Notes: a model not told the origin generated them from the letters alone. A stretch of 64,000 bases of DNA from an uncultured Alphaproteobacteria bacterium (GCA_963807085.1 CAWEBB010000022.1:119406-183405), one strand, 5' to 3'. Shown: positions 30,020 through 41,416, numbered from the stretch's first letter. A program made the numbers and translations.

Positions 30020-30967
30020 TTATTCCGCCGCTGCCCGCAGCTTCAGTTCCTCGCCGACCGAGAGAATGGGTGCGCCTTGCAGGCTGGTGGACTTGCGGCC
30101 ATCGATCCCCACCGGTACATCGCCGACCAGGGTAATACGGTATAGCTGCCGGTCGAAGTCGCTTTGAAAAATGTCGTTAGGCGCCAGATGCGAGGTTGAG
30201 CGGTTGTCCCACATGGCGATGTCGCCCGGATTCCACTTGAAGCGCACGGTGAATTCCGGGCGTACCGTGTGCTCCCAGAGGAACTCCAGCATCGTCTGGC
30301 TTTCGGTGGGGCTCATGCCGGCGATGGATTTCAGGAAAGAGGGGCTGATGAACAGCAGCCGCTCGCCGGTTTCCGGATGTACCCGCACCAGCGCGTGCTC
30401 GCTTTCCATGGTGCGGCGGCGCACGCTCTCGTCATAGGCGCTGTCCTTGCCGGCACTGGCGGGCGGCTCGAACCGGTGGATGCCGCGCAGGCCGTCGACG
30501 ATGCCGCGGAAGGTCTCGGAGAGGCCGTCATAGGCCGCGCCCAGATTGGTCCAGAACGTGTCGCCGCCATAAGGGGGGATGGTCACGCCGCGCAGGATCG
30601 AGGCCTTGGGTGGATTGATCGCCGCCGTGATATCGGTATGCCAACCGGTCCAGGGGCGTTGCATCTTAGCCGACCGGTGGGTCTGCGCCGTGCGGAACTT
30701 GGCGACGGAGTAGATTTCCGGGTAGTCCGGATCGTGGCCAAAAACGGCGTGGCCGATGGTCGGCTCGCCCATCTGCCGGGCAAAGTCGACATGTCCCGCA
30801 TGGTCCAGGTTCTGGCCGCGGAAAAACACGACCTTCCATTTCAGGAAGGCGTCATAGACAGCGTCTTTGATGGCGGGCGCCATCGGCTTCGAAAGATCGA
30901 CGCCGCGGATCTCCGCGCCGATATGCAGTGTCAAGGGGACGATTTCGAGATTGGCCGTGTCGGTCAT
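30020..30967 (-). CDS. TauD/TfdA family Fe(II)/2-oxoglutarate dioxygenase
   Basis: IGAEIRGVDL, WHTDIT, PPYGGDT, VRVHPETG, WDNRSTSH. Confidence 0.93.
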   Translation of the reverse strand: MTDTANLEIVPLTLHIGAEIRGVDLSKPMAPAIKDAVYDAFLKWKVVFFRGQNLDHAGHVDFARQMGEPTIGHAVFGHDPDYPEIYSVAKFRTAQTHRSAKMQRPWTGWHTDITAAINPPKASILRGVTIPPYGGDTFWTNLGAAYDGLSETFRGIVDGLRGIHRFEPPASAGKDSAYDESVRRRTMESEHALVRVHPETGERLLFISPSFLKSIAGMSPTESQTMLEFLWEHTVRPEFTVRFKWNPGDIAMWDNRSTSHLAPNDIFQSDFDRQLYRITLVGDVPVGIDGRKSTSLQGAPILSVGEELKLRAAAE

Positions 30968-31080
30968 GGTTGTCCTCCAAAAAAAGGCGTATGGCGCCCA
31001 TTAACGGGCTTTGCCCGCAGCGTGCGCCGTTTTCCAATAACTGTCGATACCCGCGCCCACCAGCATGCTTCTGCGTGTGG

Positions 31081-32667
31081 TTACGCCCGCCGTTGGGCGC
31101 GGGGGCTTTCGTCCATGGTGTCGGCCAGCAGGTGGTTCAGGCGAAGCGACAGCTCTGCCTTTACGTCCCGATAGGCGGGGTCGTCCCAGCGGTTGTGGGT
31201 TTCGCGCGGGTCTTCGGCCAAATCGTAAAGCTCGCCCCATGCCTCGCCCTTGTAGAGCGTGAAGCGGTAGCGGTCCGTCACCACGGACTTCACCCGCGAT
31301 GGCGCATCGAAACCGAGGCGCGGGCCGCCGTCATTGTATTCGATGAACAGTTCGGGCCGGTGCCCGGTCTTTTCGCCCAAGACGACGGGCAGGAAGCTCT
31401 CCGCCTGCATGCCGTAATAGGGCTTGACGGCTGCGCGCTCCAGAATCGTTGCCGGAATGTCGATGGTCGCGGTCAGGGCGTCCGTGGTGCGGCCGGCGCG
31501 GCCGGTGCGGTCGGCGGGATCGCTCCAGATCATCGGCACTTGCGTGATGGAGCGGAACGGCAGCGCGCCCTTCAGCAGCATGTTGAAATCGCCCAGATAG
31601 TCGCCGTGGTCGGAATTGAAACAGATCACGGTGTTGTCGTAGAGGCCGTTTTCTTTCAGCGCTGCCACGATTTCACCGACGCTGTCGTCGATCATGGCCA
31701 GCATGCCGGCGGTCAGCGCCATCGCCTCTTTCAGTTGCTGCTCGCTGGCCATGGTTGCCGTTTGCGCGGAAAATTGCTTCGCGCCGCTCCGCCAGGCGTC
31801 ATGCACGAACTTCATCGGCGGTGTTGGGTTCTGATGGGCCGCGTACGGCAGATTTACGGAAAACTGGTCCGGCTGATAGAGGTCCCAATACTTACCGGGC
31901 GGGTTGAATGGGTGATGCGGGTCGGGGAAAGAGACAAAGGCGAAAAACGGCTGATCGTCGTCTTGCCTGCTGTTCAGATACGCGACTGCGCGTTCTTTCA
32001 CAAAAGCCGTGGGATACAGCTCCTCTGGGATGGGCGTGCGGTAGGCCTGGGGGCAGGTGTAATCGTGCGGCAACTGGTTTGCCTTGTCATAGAGGGCCTG
32101 CCAATTCCCTGCGCGTTGCTTGAACCATTGCCGGTAATGGCCGCCGCACTTGTCGCCATGCTCCGTCACCATGTCCACATGCTGATAGCCGTAGTAGGGC
32201 GTCTGGACCTCGTACCAATCCTGCCCGGTGTAGCGGCCTGGCTCTTCCTGCCCGTAATTGCCGCCGTCGTTCTTCCAGGCTTCCGCGATGGGGCCGACAT
32301 CAGGCTTGTCGTCCATCAGCGGCGGATGGGCGGTCATGGGCGACAGGTGGCTCTTGCCGATGGCGGCGGTGTGATAGCCGCTGGCCGCCAGCACATCGAC
32401 AAAGGTGTTTGCCCGGGCCGACAGCAGGCAGCCGTTGTAACGCAGGCCATGTGTGCTGGGATACCGGCCCGTCATAAAGGTCGCCCGGTTCGGCATGCAG
32501 ACGGGGCTGGTCGCGTGAAAATTGGTGAAACGCATGCCCGCTGCCGCGATGGCGTCTATGTTCGGCGTTTTCAGCACCGGATGCCCCGCGCAGCCCAGCC
32601 AGTCCGCCCGTTGCTGGTCGGTCATGATGTAAAGAAAGTTTGGACGGCTTTTGTTATTGGCGGTCAT
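31081..32667 (-). CDS. Cys-type sulfatase
   Basis: PNFLYIMTDQQR, CMPNR (CxPxR), TGRYP, PDPHHP, SDHGD, ELYDLAEDP. Confidence 0.93.
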   Translation of the reverse strand: MTANNKSRPNFLYIMTDQQRADWLGCAGHPVLKTPNIDAIAAAGMRFTNFHATSPVCMPNRATFMTGRYPSTHGLRYNGCLLSARANTFVDVLAASGYHTAAIGKSHLSPMTAHPPLMDDKPDVGPIAEAWKNDGGNYGQEEPGRYTGQDWYEVQTPYYGYQHVDMVTEHGDKCGGHYRQWFKQRAGNWQALYDKANQLPHDYTCPQAYRTPIPEELYPTAFVKERAVAYLNSRQDDDQPFFAFVSFPDPHHPFNPPGKYWDLYQPDQFSVNLPYAAHQNPTPPMKFVHDAWRSGAKQFSAQTATMASEQQLKEAMALTAGMLAMIDDSVGEIVAALKENGLYDNTVICFNSDHGDYLGDFNMLLKGALPFRSITQVPMIWSDPADRTGRAGRTTDALTATIDIPATILERAAVKPYYGMQAESFLPVVLGEKTGHRPELFIEYNDGGPRLGFDAPSRVKSVVTDRYRFTLYKGEAWGELYDLAEDPRETHNRWDDPAYRDVKAELSLRLNHLLADTMDESPRAQRRA

Positions 32668-32804
32668 GGCGTTGGCATTCCTGACGTGCATCTGATTGTC
32701 GATGAGCCAGGACTATGGCACTGGCGGCCTCTATCCTGCCAGGGCGGCGATGCTATAACGAAGGCAATCATCGTAACATCGCTAGCCCACAAGGAAACGC
32801 GCCC

Positions 32805-33503
32805 ATGATCGACGCCTATTACTGGCCCACGCCGAACGGCTGGAAGCTCTCCATCGCGCTGGAGGAGATGGGTCTCGAATACCGGGTGTTTCCCGTCAAT
32901 ATCGGCAAGGGCGAGCAGTTCAAGGAAGATTTCCTGAAGATCAGCCCGAACAACCGCATTCCAGCCATTGTGGACAACGACCCGCCGGGCGGCGGCGAGC
33001 CGATCAGCGTGTTCGAGACCGGCGCGATCCTGATCTATCTGGCGACCAAAACCGGCATGTTCTATCCGGAAGACCTGCGCCAACGCACGCAAATCAACGA
33101 GTGGCTGATGTGGCAGATCGGCGGTCTCGGCCCGATGATCGGGCAGTCCGGCCACTTTAAGCTCTATCATTCCGAAAAGATCCCCTACGCCATTGAGCGT
33201 TATAACTCGGAAATGCTGCGCCTCTATGGCGTGCTCAACCGGCGGCTGGAGGGGCGGGAATACATCGTGGATGACTTTTCCATCGCCGATATCGCCTGCT
33301 GGCCCTGGGTCATCACCTACAAGCGCCAGGAGGTGGACCTGCAGGGCGACTTCCCCAATGTCTACCGCTGGTACAAGCTCTGCCAGGGCCGGCCGGCGCT
33401 CCGCCGCGGCTATGAGGTGGGCAAGGAATTCGGCAAGCCTAACAAGACGTGGGACGAGGAAACCCGCAAGAACATGATGCCCCAGAGCCAGGGGAAGAAT
33501 TAG
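32805..33503 (+). CDS. Glutathione S-transferase (YfcG/YghU-like)
   Basis: WPTPNGWK, ISPNNRIPAI, FETGAILIYL, FSIADIA. Confidence 0.92.
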   Translation: MIDAYYWPTPNGWKLSIALEEMGLEYRVFPVNIGKGEQFKEDFLKISPNNRIPAIVDNDPPGGGEPISVFETGAILIYLATKTGMFYPEDLRQRTQINEWLMWQIGGLGPMIGQSGHFKLYHSEKIPYAIERYNSEMLRLYGVLNRRLEGREYIVDDFSIADIACWPWVITYKRQEVDLQGDFPNVYRWYKLCQGRPALRRGYEVGKEFGKPNKTWDEETRKNMMPQSQGKN

Positions 33504-33508
33504 GCGCG

Positions 33509-33988
33509 ATGTCCATCACCATTAACGGCATGGCGCATGTCATCCTGACCGTCAGCCAGTTCGAGAAAAGCCGCGAGTTCTATTGCGAACTGCTGCCCTT
33601 TCTCGGCATGACCAAGGTCTATGACGGCAACAATTTCGTCTATCATGTGGGCGCACGCACTGCCCTCGGCATCCAGCGTTGCGCGCCGGAGCACGAGGGC
33701 GAGCGCTTCGTGCAAAACCGGGTCGGTCTGCACCATCTCTGCTTTCGCGCCCGCTCGCGCGAGGACGTGGACGCGCTCGCCGCGAAGCTGAACGACATGA
33801 GTGCCTACATCGACCGCGGCCCGATGGAGGGCGATTGGGCGCCCGGCTATTACTACATTGTGTTCGAAGACCCGGATGGAGTCCGCCTGGAGATCAACTA
33901 TCTTCCCGGCAAGGGCCTGCTGGCGGGCGAAGACGGCCCGTTGAACCCGTCCGACGACCCGAACTGGGACCAAAACCCGCCGGTTTGA
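33509..33988 (+). CDS. VOC family protein
   Basis: AHVILTV...FY, GLHHLCFRA, YYYIVFEDPDGVRLE. Confidence 0.9.
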   Translation: MSITINGMAHVILTVSQFEKSREFYCELLPFLGMTKVYDGNNFVYHVGARTALGIQRCAPEHEGERFVQNRVGLHHLCFRARSREDVDALAAKLNDMSAYIDRGPMEGDWAPGYYYIVFEDPDGVRLEINYLPGKGLLAGEDGPLNPSDDPNWDQNPPV

Positions 33989-34022
33989 TCGGGGCGAAGC
34001 GGCAATCAGCACGGAGTACGCC

Positions 34023-34742
34023 ATGGACTACAGCCATTTGACCGCCGTCACCATCAACTGCACGCTGAAGAAAGACCCCGCGCAATCGCACACGGGGCTG
34101 TTGCTTTCCGTTAGTGAGCAGATCATGCGCGCGCAAGGCGTGGCGGTGGAGCCGATCCACGCGCTTTCCCACACCATCGCGCCCGGCGTGCAGCCCGATA
34201 TGACCGAGCATGGCTGGGACCGGGACGATTGGCCGATGCTCTGGGAGAAGGTCAAGGCGGCGGATATTTTGATCCTCGGCACGCCGCTCTGGCTGGGGGA
34301 AGAAAGCTCGGTCTGCCGCACCGTCATCGAGCGGCTTTACGCCATGTCCGCCCTGCTGAACGACAAGGGCCAAAGCCTGTTCTACGGCAAGGTGGGCGGC
34401 GCGGTGATCACCGGGAACGAAGACGGCATCAAGCATTCGTCGATGACCATCCTCTATGCCCTGCAACACCTCGGCTACACCATTCCGCCCCAGGCCGATT
34501 GCGGCTGGATCGGCGAGGCGGGGCCGGGCCCTTCCTTCGGCGATCGGGCGGAGGGCGAGAGCGGGCCGGTCGGCTTCGCCAATGAATTCACCCAGCGCAA
34601 CACGACCATCATGACCTGGAACCTGATGCATCTGGCGCATTTGCTGAAGAACGCCGGCGGGCTGCCGCGCGAAGGCAATGACCGGAAAGCCTGGGCCGAC
34701 GGCGAGCGGTTCGGCTATAATCCACCGTCCCGCTCGCTCTGA
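34023..34742 (+). CDS. Flavodoxin-like / NADPH-dependent FMN reductase family protein
   Basis: [36 protein letters not shown]. Confidence 0.85.
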   Translation: MDYSHLTAVTINCTLKKDPAQSHTGLLLSVSEQIMRAQGVAVEPIHALSHTIAPGVQPDMTEHGWDRDDWPMLWEKVKAADILILGTPLWLGEESSVCRTVIERLYAMSALLNDKGQSLFYGKVGGAVITGNEDGIKHSSMTILYALQHLGYTIPPQADCGWIGEAGPGPSFGDRAEGESGPVGFANEFTQRNTTIMTWNLMHLAHLLKNAGGLPREGNDRKAWADGERFGYNPPSRSL

Positions 34743-34777
34743 GGGAAGCGGATGATCGCCAAGGAGAGCTCTCGATC

Positions 34778-36502
34778 ATGAACAGCCCGATTGCGACCCA
34801 CGACCTGAGCGCCCGCAACGGCCGCGCCCATGTGATCGGCGACACGGCCGAACCGCTATGGCACGAGTTGATTCCGGCTGCCTTCAAGCGCACCGTGGCA
34901 TGCTTTGCGGACCGCGAAGCTGCCGTGTTCTGCGCGCAGGGCGTGCGCTGGTCCTGGCGCGGCTTTGACCGGGAAGTGGACGCGCTCGCCGCAGGCTTGC
35001 TGAAACTCGGCATCGGCAAAGGCGACCGGCTCGGCATCTGGTCGCCGAACCGCTACGAATGGGTGCTGACCCAGTATGCGACCGCGCGTGTCGGCATCGT
35101 GCTGGTGACGATCAACCCCGCCTATCGCCTGACCGAGGTCGAATATGTGCTGAACAAGGTGCAGGCGAAGGCGCTGGTGACGGCGGCGAGCTTCAAGTCC
35201 AGCGATTATCTGGACATGCTCCAGACGCTGGCGCCGGAGTTGGAGACGTGCGCGCCGGGCGCCTTGCAGGCGGAAAAGCTGCCGCATCTCCGTGCCGTGA
35301 TCCGCGTCGGCGCCGACACGACGCCGGGCATGCTGAATTTCAATGCCGTTGTCGATAGCGGCCGCGACACGCTTGTGGGCGAGTTGGACGCGATCACCGC
35401 GACGCTGGACCCGGACGACGCCATTAACATCCAGTTCACCTCCGGCACCACGGGCGCGCCGAAAGGGGCGACGCTTTCCCACGTCAACATTCTGAACAAT
35501 GGCCGCTTTGTCGTGGCCGCCCAGGATTTTACCGAGCAGGACCGGCTGTGCATTCCCGTGCCGCTCTACCATTGCTTCGGCATGGTTATGGGCACGCTCG
35601 GTTGCGTTTCGACGGGCGCGGCCATGGTGTTTCCCTCGGAAGGTTTCGAGCCGGAATCGACCCTGCAGGCGTTGGCCGCTGAGAAATGCACCGCCGTCTA
35701 TGGCGTGCCGACCATGTTTGTCGGCATGCTGGGGCACCCGCAATTGGAGAACTTCGACCTTTCCGCGCTTCGCACCGGCATCATGGCGGGCGCGCCCTGC
35801 CCGACCGAGGTGATGAAGCGCTGTGTCGAAAAAATGAACCTCTCCGAGATCACCATCGCCTATGGCATGACCGAGACCAGCCCGGTTTCCTTTCAGACCT
35901 CCAAATCGGACCCGCTGGACCGGCGGGTGTCCACGGTCGGCCGCGTCCATCCGAATGTGGAATGCAAGATCATCGACGAGAACGACGAGACCGTCGCGCC
36001 CGGCGTGCAGGGTGAGCTTTGCACGCGCGGCTATAGCGTGATGAAGGGCTATTGGGACGAACCTGAAAGGACCGCGGACAGCATCGACGCCGAGGGCTGG
36101 ATGCATTCCGGCGACCTGGCGGTGATCGACGCAGAAGGCTATGGCAAAATCACCGGCCGGGTGAAGGACATGGTGATCCGCGGCGGCGAGAACGTCTATC
36201 CGCGCGAGGTCGAGGAATATCTTTTCCGCCACCCCGCCATCCAGGAGGTGCAGGTATTCGGCGTGCCCGACGCGCGCATGGGCGAGGAAGTGGCGGCCTG
36301 GATCGTGATGAAATCCGGCGAAAGCTCGACGGAAGAGGATGTGAAAGCCTTCTGCCGCGGCCAGATCGCGCATTACAAGATCCCGCGCTATGTGAAATTC
36401 GTGCAAGAACTGCCGATGACGGTCACCGGCAAGCCGCAGAAATTCATCATGCGCGACGCCATGATTGAGGAATTGGGCCTGGAGGTTCAGAAAACCGCCT
36501 GA
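34778..36502 (+). CDS. AMP-binding acyl-CoA synthetase
   Basis: [52 protein letters not shown]. Confidence 0.94.
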   Translation: MNSPIATHDLSARNGRAHVIGDTAEPLWHELIPAAFKRTVACFADREAAVFCAQGVRWSWRGFDREVDALAAGLLKLGIGKGDRLGIWSPNRYEWVLTQYATARVGIVLVTINPAYRLTEVEYVLNKVQAKALVTAASFKSSDYLDMLQTLAPELETCAPGALQAEKLPHLRAVIRVGADTTPGMLNFNAVVDSGRDTLVGELDAITATLDPDDAINIQFTSGTTGAPKGATLSHVNILNNGRFVVAAQDFTEQDRLCIPVPLYHCFGMVMGTLGCVSTGAAMVFPSEGFEPESTLQALAAEKCTAVYGVPTMFVGMLGHPQLENFDLSALRTGIMAGAPCPTEVMKRCVEKMNLSEITIAYGMTETSPVSFQTSKSDPLDRRVSTVGRVHPNVECKIIDENDETVAPGVQGELCTRGYSVMKGYWDEPERTADSIDAEGWMHSGDLAVIDAEGYGKITGRVKDMVIRGGENVYPREVEEYLFRHPAIQEVQVFGVPDARMGEEVAAWIVMKSGESSTEEDVKAFCRGQIAHYKIPRYVKFVQELPMTVTGKPQKFIMRDAMIEELGLEVQKTA

Positions 36503-36571
36503 GCAGAGGGTGGCAGCGCGAGGGCAAGGATTGACGTGGATAATGCCAGAACCAGCATGCCCGAAAGAAAT

Positions 36572-36622
36572 GGGAGGACCGAGCGCCGCCTGCTCAAGAC
36601 CATCGGCACGTCCGGTCCTCCC
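36572..36622 (-). terminator. Probable terminator hairpin
   Basis: GGGAGGACCG / CGGTCCTCCC stem followed by ATTTCTTT on the minus strand, between convergent genes. Confidence 0.55.
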
Positions 36623-36661
36623 TAAAAAGGCTTCTAAACCTTACGCGTGTTGCAACGGCAT

Positions 36662-37012
36662 CTAAGAAGCCGTGGTAAGTCTCTCGGCGCACTTTGCCGC
36701 GACTTTGCTGTCCGGGCGTTCGGCGCCAGGCGCAGTCGCCCAGCCGGCATCCGCCACAATGTTGTCGCGCTCGTACGACCGCGCTGCGTTCAGCCGCTCA
36801 ATAATGCCGGCTGCGGCCGGGTCGGTCGCCGACAATGCCAAGCAGAACGGCACCAAGGCCGACACCGTTTCAGTGCTGGCGCGAGCGGCCGCAAGACGCT
36901 CGGCCTTGGAACCGGTCATCCAGCCGCCGGCGGTAAAGCCAACGATGGCAAGGGCAACAGCACCAACGACGGCGCCGATGAGGCCGGGTTTCAACCATTT
37001 GGGTTGGTTCAT
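36662..37012 (-). CDS. Hypothetical membrane-anchored protein
   Basis: WLKPGLIGAVVGAVALAIVGF-TAGGWMTG hydrophobic start, two Cys (PFC, KCAE), GGAG RBS. Confidence 0.75.
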   Translation of the reverse strand: MNQPKWLKPGLIGAVVGAVALAIVGFTAGGWMTGSKAERLAAARASTETVSALVPFCLALSATDPAAAGIIERLNAARSYERDNIVADAGWATAPGAERPDSKVAAKCAERLTTAS

Positions 37013-37163
37013 AATTCTTTGCTCCGTTATTTTGATTGCTTTGCTGCCAAATCGCACCGGTCACGGGCGAATCTGTACGCGAAGCCTTTATTGGTCTGGC
37101 CGCTAATAGCGGGGCCAGGGGCTGAATTCAGCCGTAGTGCAGACAAAAGACAGCGTATGCGCC

Positions 37164-37280
37164 TTATTTCTTAGCCGGGCCAGAGGCCGGCTTGGCTTGC
37201 TGGTCCTGCGGCTTCGCCTCTTTCGCATCTGCCGCTGTTTTCTCTGGTTTTTGTTTTTTTGATAAATCATTGAATGACAT
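37164..37280 (-). CDS. Small hypothetical protein (38 aa), below the ORF-track cutoff
   Basis: MSFNDLSKKQKPEKTAADAKEAKPQDQQAKPASGPAKK with GAGGGAGGA RBS just upstream. Confidence 0.6.
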   Translation of the reverse strand: MSFNDLSKKQKPEKTAADAKEAKPQDQQAKPASGPAKK

Positions 37281-37446
37281 GGGAGTCCTCCCTCTTTTAC
37301 ACGGCAAAAGATTTGCCGATAGGGAATACTATCACATCAGAGCGTTTCGAACGAATATTATTTAACACGATATTTTGATAGAGTAAATTACCGTCTTATA
37401 TGTTTTAAATAATGCATCGCCGATTACGCGGACAGACGGAATATTA

Positions 37447-37701
37447 TTAACTCCTATAGCTGCCCGCGATATCCCGGAACGAGAAAACTTCCATTTCGAT
37501 GGCGGTGAACAGCGCACCCCAAAGCAGGATGGCGATACCTGTCGTTACCAGCGCCTTCAGCAGCATACGATGCCGGACCGGCGCGCCAGTGTCCTCGCCC
37601 GCTGCCGGCGCCTGGTTCTGCCGAACGCCCCACGGCAAGACCGTAAACAGCACCACCCACCAGATGATGATAAATGAGACAAGGCCGGTCGCGATGTTCA
37701 T
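37447..37701 (-). CDS. DUF1467 family membrane protein
   Basis: IIWWVVLFTVLPWGVR...GAP...KALVTT; usual position after mce. Confidence 0.85.
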   Translation of the reverse strand: MNIATGLVSFIIIWWVVLFTVLPWGVRQNQAPAAGEDTGAPVRHRMLLKALVTTGIAILLWGALFTAIEMEVFSFRDIAGSYRS

Positions 37702-37719
37702 TTCGGCTTGCTCCAACTC

Positions 37720-38124
37720 CTAAGCCTGCTCCAGTTCCACGAGCGTGCCGCAAAAATCCTTTGGGTGCAGGAACAGAACCGGCTTGCCGTGCGCGCCGGT
37801 CTTCGGCTCGCCGTCACCCAGCACGCGGGCGCCTTCACTTTTCAGGTGGTCACGCGCCGCCAGAATGTCATCCACTTCATAGCAAACGTGGTGCATGCCG
37901 CCCGCGGGTGACTTCTCAAGAAAATTCGCGACCGGCGAGCCCTCTCCGTAGGGCTCCAGCAATTCGATCTTGGTGTTCGGCAACTCGACGAACACGACGG
38001 TCACGCCATGCTCCGGCAGGGTCTCGGGCTCGCTGACCGTCGCCCCCAGCGACCGGCGATAGGTGTCGGCGGCGGCGGCCAGGTCGGGCACGACAATGGC
38101 AACATGGTTGAGACGTCCCAGCAT
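37720..38124 (-). CDS. mce: Methylmalonyl-CoA epimerase
   Basis: LNHVAIVVPD, EHGVTVVF, KIELLEP, GGMHHVCYEV, GAHGKPVLFLHPKD. Confidence 0.95.
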   Translation of the reverse strand: MLGRLNHVAIVVPDLAAAADTYRRSLGATVSEPETLPEHGVTVVFVELPNTKIELLEPYGEGSPVANFLEKSPAGGMHHVCYEVDDILAARDHLKSEGARVLGDGEPKTGAHGKPVLFLHPKDFCGTLVELEQA

Positions 38125-38147
38125 GAACATTCTCCTAAGGCGGAAGG

Positions 38148-39861
38148 TCAGTCTGCCGAAAGGCTATCGACCCGCAAAAGATGAACGATGACGATCGGGC
38201 GCTTGTTAAAGCGCGCCCGGATCAGGCGGCGCACGGCGGTGCGGATTTTCTCGGTTTGGCCCTCGTGATCGCGCCCCGGCGCGCTGGCCAGCGTGTCTTC
38301 GACCACCTCGGCGATGTCGTCCAGCAGATCCTCGTCTTCGGCATCGGTCAGGCCCTGCAGCGAGATTTCCAGGTCGGCGGCCAGCTCGCCCACCCGGTCT
38401 ACCGCGGCGCTGACCAGCACGGCGCCATTGGCGAGCACCTGCCGCCGGTCGCGCAGGGCCTCGCCGCCGATAGAGACCATGCGGGTGCCGTCCACCGCCC
38501 TGCGGCCGGCGCGGATATTGCCGACGATCACTGCCTCGTCTTTCCGGATGCGCAGCACCGTGCCGTTCGGCGCCTGCGCGACCGCCGGAATGCCCGCAGT
38601 CTTTCGCGAGTTCCTCGTTCGCGTACAAGTGCGCGGTCTCGCCGTGGCAGGGCACCAGCAGGTTGGGCCGGACCAATCCGTACATACGGCGCAGTTCCTC
38701 GCGGGCCGGGTGGCCGGAGACATGAATATGCGCGTCATGCTCCCGCACGGTAATAATGCCCGCTTCGATCAGCCGGTTGCGGATACGGCCAATGGCCCGT
38801 TCGTTGCCGGGGATATCGCGGGAGGAATAGGCCACGGTGTCCCCGCGCATGAGGGTCACGTGCGGATGAGAACCGGTCGCCATACGCGCGAGCGCCGCCT
38901 GGGCCTCGCCCTGGCTGCCCGTGCAGGCGATCACCGTCTGTTCCGGGGGCAGGTAGCCGATATGGTCTTCCTCGACCAGGGCCGGCAGGTCTTTCGGCCA
39001 ATAGCCCGCCGCTTCGGCCACTTCCTTCATGCGGCGGAGTGACCGGCCGACCAACGCGAAATGCTTGCCCTGTTCCGCCGCCGCGCGGCAAATGGTGATG
39101 AGCCGGGCGACATTGCTGGAAAAACAGGTAAAGACGATCCGGCCAGACGCGTCCGCGATCAGGCGGCCGATGCCGGCGCCCAATTCGCTTTCGCTGCCCG
39201 AGATGCCTTCCACCATGGCATTGGTCGAATCGCAGAACATGGCGAGCACTCCCGCATCGCCCAGCTTGCGGAAGCGCTCTTCCCGGAAGCCTTTGCCGAC
39301 GACCGGGTCGGGGTCCATCTTCCAATCGCCGGTGTGCAGCAGCGTGCCGATGGCGGTTTCGATCGCGAGCGACTGCGTCTCCGGTACCGAATGGGGCACG
39401 GGCAGGTAGCGGAGGTGGAAGGGGCCCAGCCGGAATTCGCCGCCGGCCTCGACCGTGCGGACGGTAACGTCGCCCAGGCCGTCGTCCTGCAACTTCCGCT
39501 TGAGAAAGCCGGCGGTGAATGGGGTCGCGAACACCGGCGCACCCAGGTCCGGGCCGACATAGGGCACGCCGCCCACGTGATCCTCGTGCGCATGGGTAAT
39601 GACCACGCCCAGCAGATTTTCGCCGAGCGCGCGGGCCGCCGTCATGTCGGCGACGATCACGTCGACGCCGGGATTCAGATCGTCGGCGAAGGTGATGCCG
39701 CAATCCACCATGATCCATTTGCCGTCGTGGCCATAGAGCGCGGCGTTCATGCCGATCTCGCCGATCCCGCCGAGTGCGCAGAAGATCACCTCGTTCCTGC
39801 CGGGTACCGGCAAGGACGGGAGGAAGTTTTCTTTGGGCTTGGATTGGTTGCGGCGTTTCAC
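38148..39861 (-). CDS. rnj: Ribonuclease J, frameshifted near 38595
   Basis: [46 protein letters not shown]; C-terminus ...KRPIVIVH in another frame. Confidence 0.93.
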
Positions 39862-40632
39862 GAGTTGTTCAGCCGGTGTATGTCCAGCAATCCCCGCAGG
39901 GTCAGGTCTTTATCGGTCAAATCGATGACATCCGATGCATGAAAGAAAAGGGACGACAGGCCGCCGGTTGCGACGACCTTCATTTCAGGCAAACGCTTCT
40001 CCGGCCTTGATCCGGGCGACCAGGCCCTCGATCAGGCTGACATAGCCCCAGAAAATGCCGGACTGCATGGCCCCGACGGTATTGGTGCCGACGACGGTCT
40101 CGGGCCGGCGCACGGCAACCAGCGGCAGCTTGGCCGCGGCCATGTGCAATGCTTCCATCGACAGGTTCACGCCGGGGGCGATAATGCCGCCTTCATAGGC
40201 GCCCTCTGCGCTGACAATGTCGAAGGTGGTGGCGGTGCCGAAGTCAATGATGATCAGCGGTCCGCCATAGGCGCGAAAAGCGGCAACCGCGTTGACCAGG
40301 CGGTCCGCGCCCACCTCCGCCGGGTTCGGCACGTTCACCCTCATGCCTATATCGACATCCGGGTCGCCGATCACCAGCGCCTTGGCGCCGAAATAGTTCT
40401 GGCAAAGATTGGTCAGGTTGAACAACGCCGCCGGCACCACGGTCGAGATGATGGCCGTGTCGATGCCCTTGGGCGACACGTTCTGGAGCGACATCAACTG
40501 GATCAGCCAGACCGCATATTCATCGGCCGTGCGATGCGTATCCGTCGCCGCCCGCCAAAGACCGCGCTGGTTCTCGCCCTCGTAAACCGCAAAAACCGTG
40601 TTGGTGTTGCCCGCATCGATCGCCAAAAGCAT
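39858..40632 (-). CDS. coaX: Type III pantothenate kinase, frameshifted near 40003
   Basis: [35 protein letters not shown]; restored tail VVATGGL...LTLRGL ends at 39858. Confidence 0.92.
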
Positions 40633-40640
40633 GGGCGCCG

Positions 40641-41416
40641 TCAGTCCGTATCCGCTGAAGGGTCGGTCGGTTCGGCGAATATCTTCACCCGAAACCAATT
40701 GTTTCTCTAGCCCGTCCATGGCCCTCCACGACAAGGGCTCCATCGACCGAAAGGCGTTTATATCGCGCCTGAAGTGTTTCCTCGCCCTGGCTGATGACCA
40801 GCTTGTCGCCCGGCCGGTGCAGGGCCTGTGCCGTCCAGGCAGTCTGGATCACCTGAAAATCATAGCGCCGCCAGCGGCTCCACCACTTCTCGAAAGCGAC
40901 CAAATATTGCTCCAGTACCTGTTCGGCGGTGACCGCCAGGCCGGCTTCGGCGAGATCGGTGGCCGTGTGCCGGGTTTTCGGCGGGTGGTGCAAGACGTTG
41001 ACGCCGGTGCCGATGACGAGCCAATCCACCGAGCGGCCATCGGCTTGCCCCTCCATCAGAATGCCGCTGACCTTGGCGCCATCAACCAACACATCGTTTG
41101 GCCATTTCAGCTTTACCCTTGTCCGGGCAAGACCGAGGCTCACCAGAGTCTCGCTGACCGCGACCGCGGTTACCAGCGCTGCCTGTGGCGCAAATCGTAT
41201 CGGCATCTGCGGGCGCTTCAGCACCGAAACAGCGAGATTGCCCGGCGGCATGGTCCATTCGCGGCCATGCGTGCCGCGGCCGGCGGTTTGGTTGGAGGTC
41301 CAAAAGACGGCGCCGTCTGCCGCGCCGGCAGTGGCCGCATCTTTTGCCAGGTCATTGGTGCTGCCGGCGGAATCCAACTGTGTCACCGAATAGCCGGCGG
41401 GCCAGGTTATGCTCAT
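40641..41416 (-). CDS. birA: Biotin--[acetyl-CoA-carboxylase] ligase, C-terminal indels
   Basis: [30 protein letters not shown]; lies in the 3' part of ORF 40685..42574. Confidence 0.92.

Noticed and set aside
30928-32808. Long antisense ORFs (also 34856..36406, 44868..46364, 48948..50915 and many others)
   Set aside because: Shadow frames of well-supported genes in high-GC DNA; no recognisable motifs
37300-37446. AT-rich stretch as oriC
   Set aside because: No DnaA-box cluster seen, and no hemE or dnaA context
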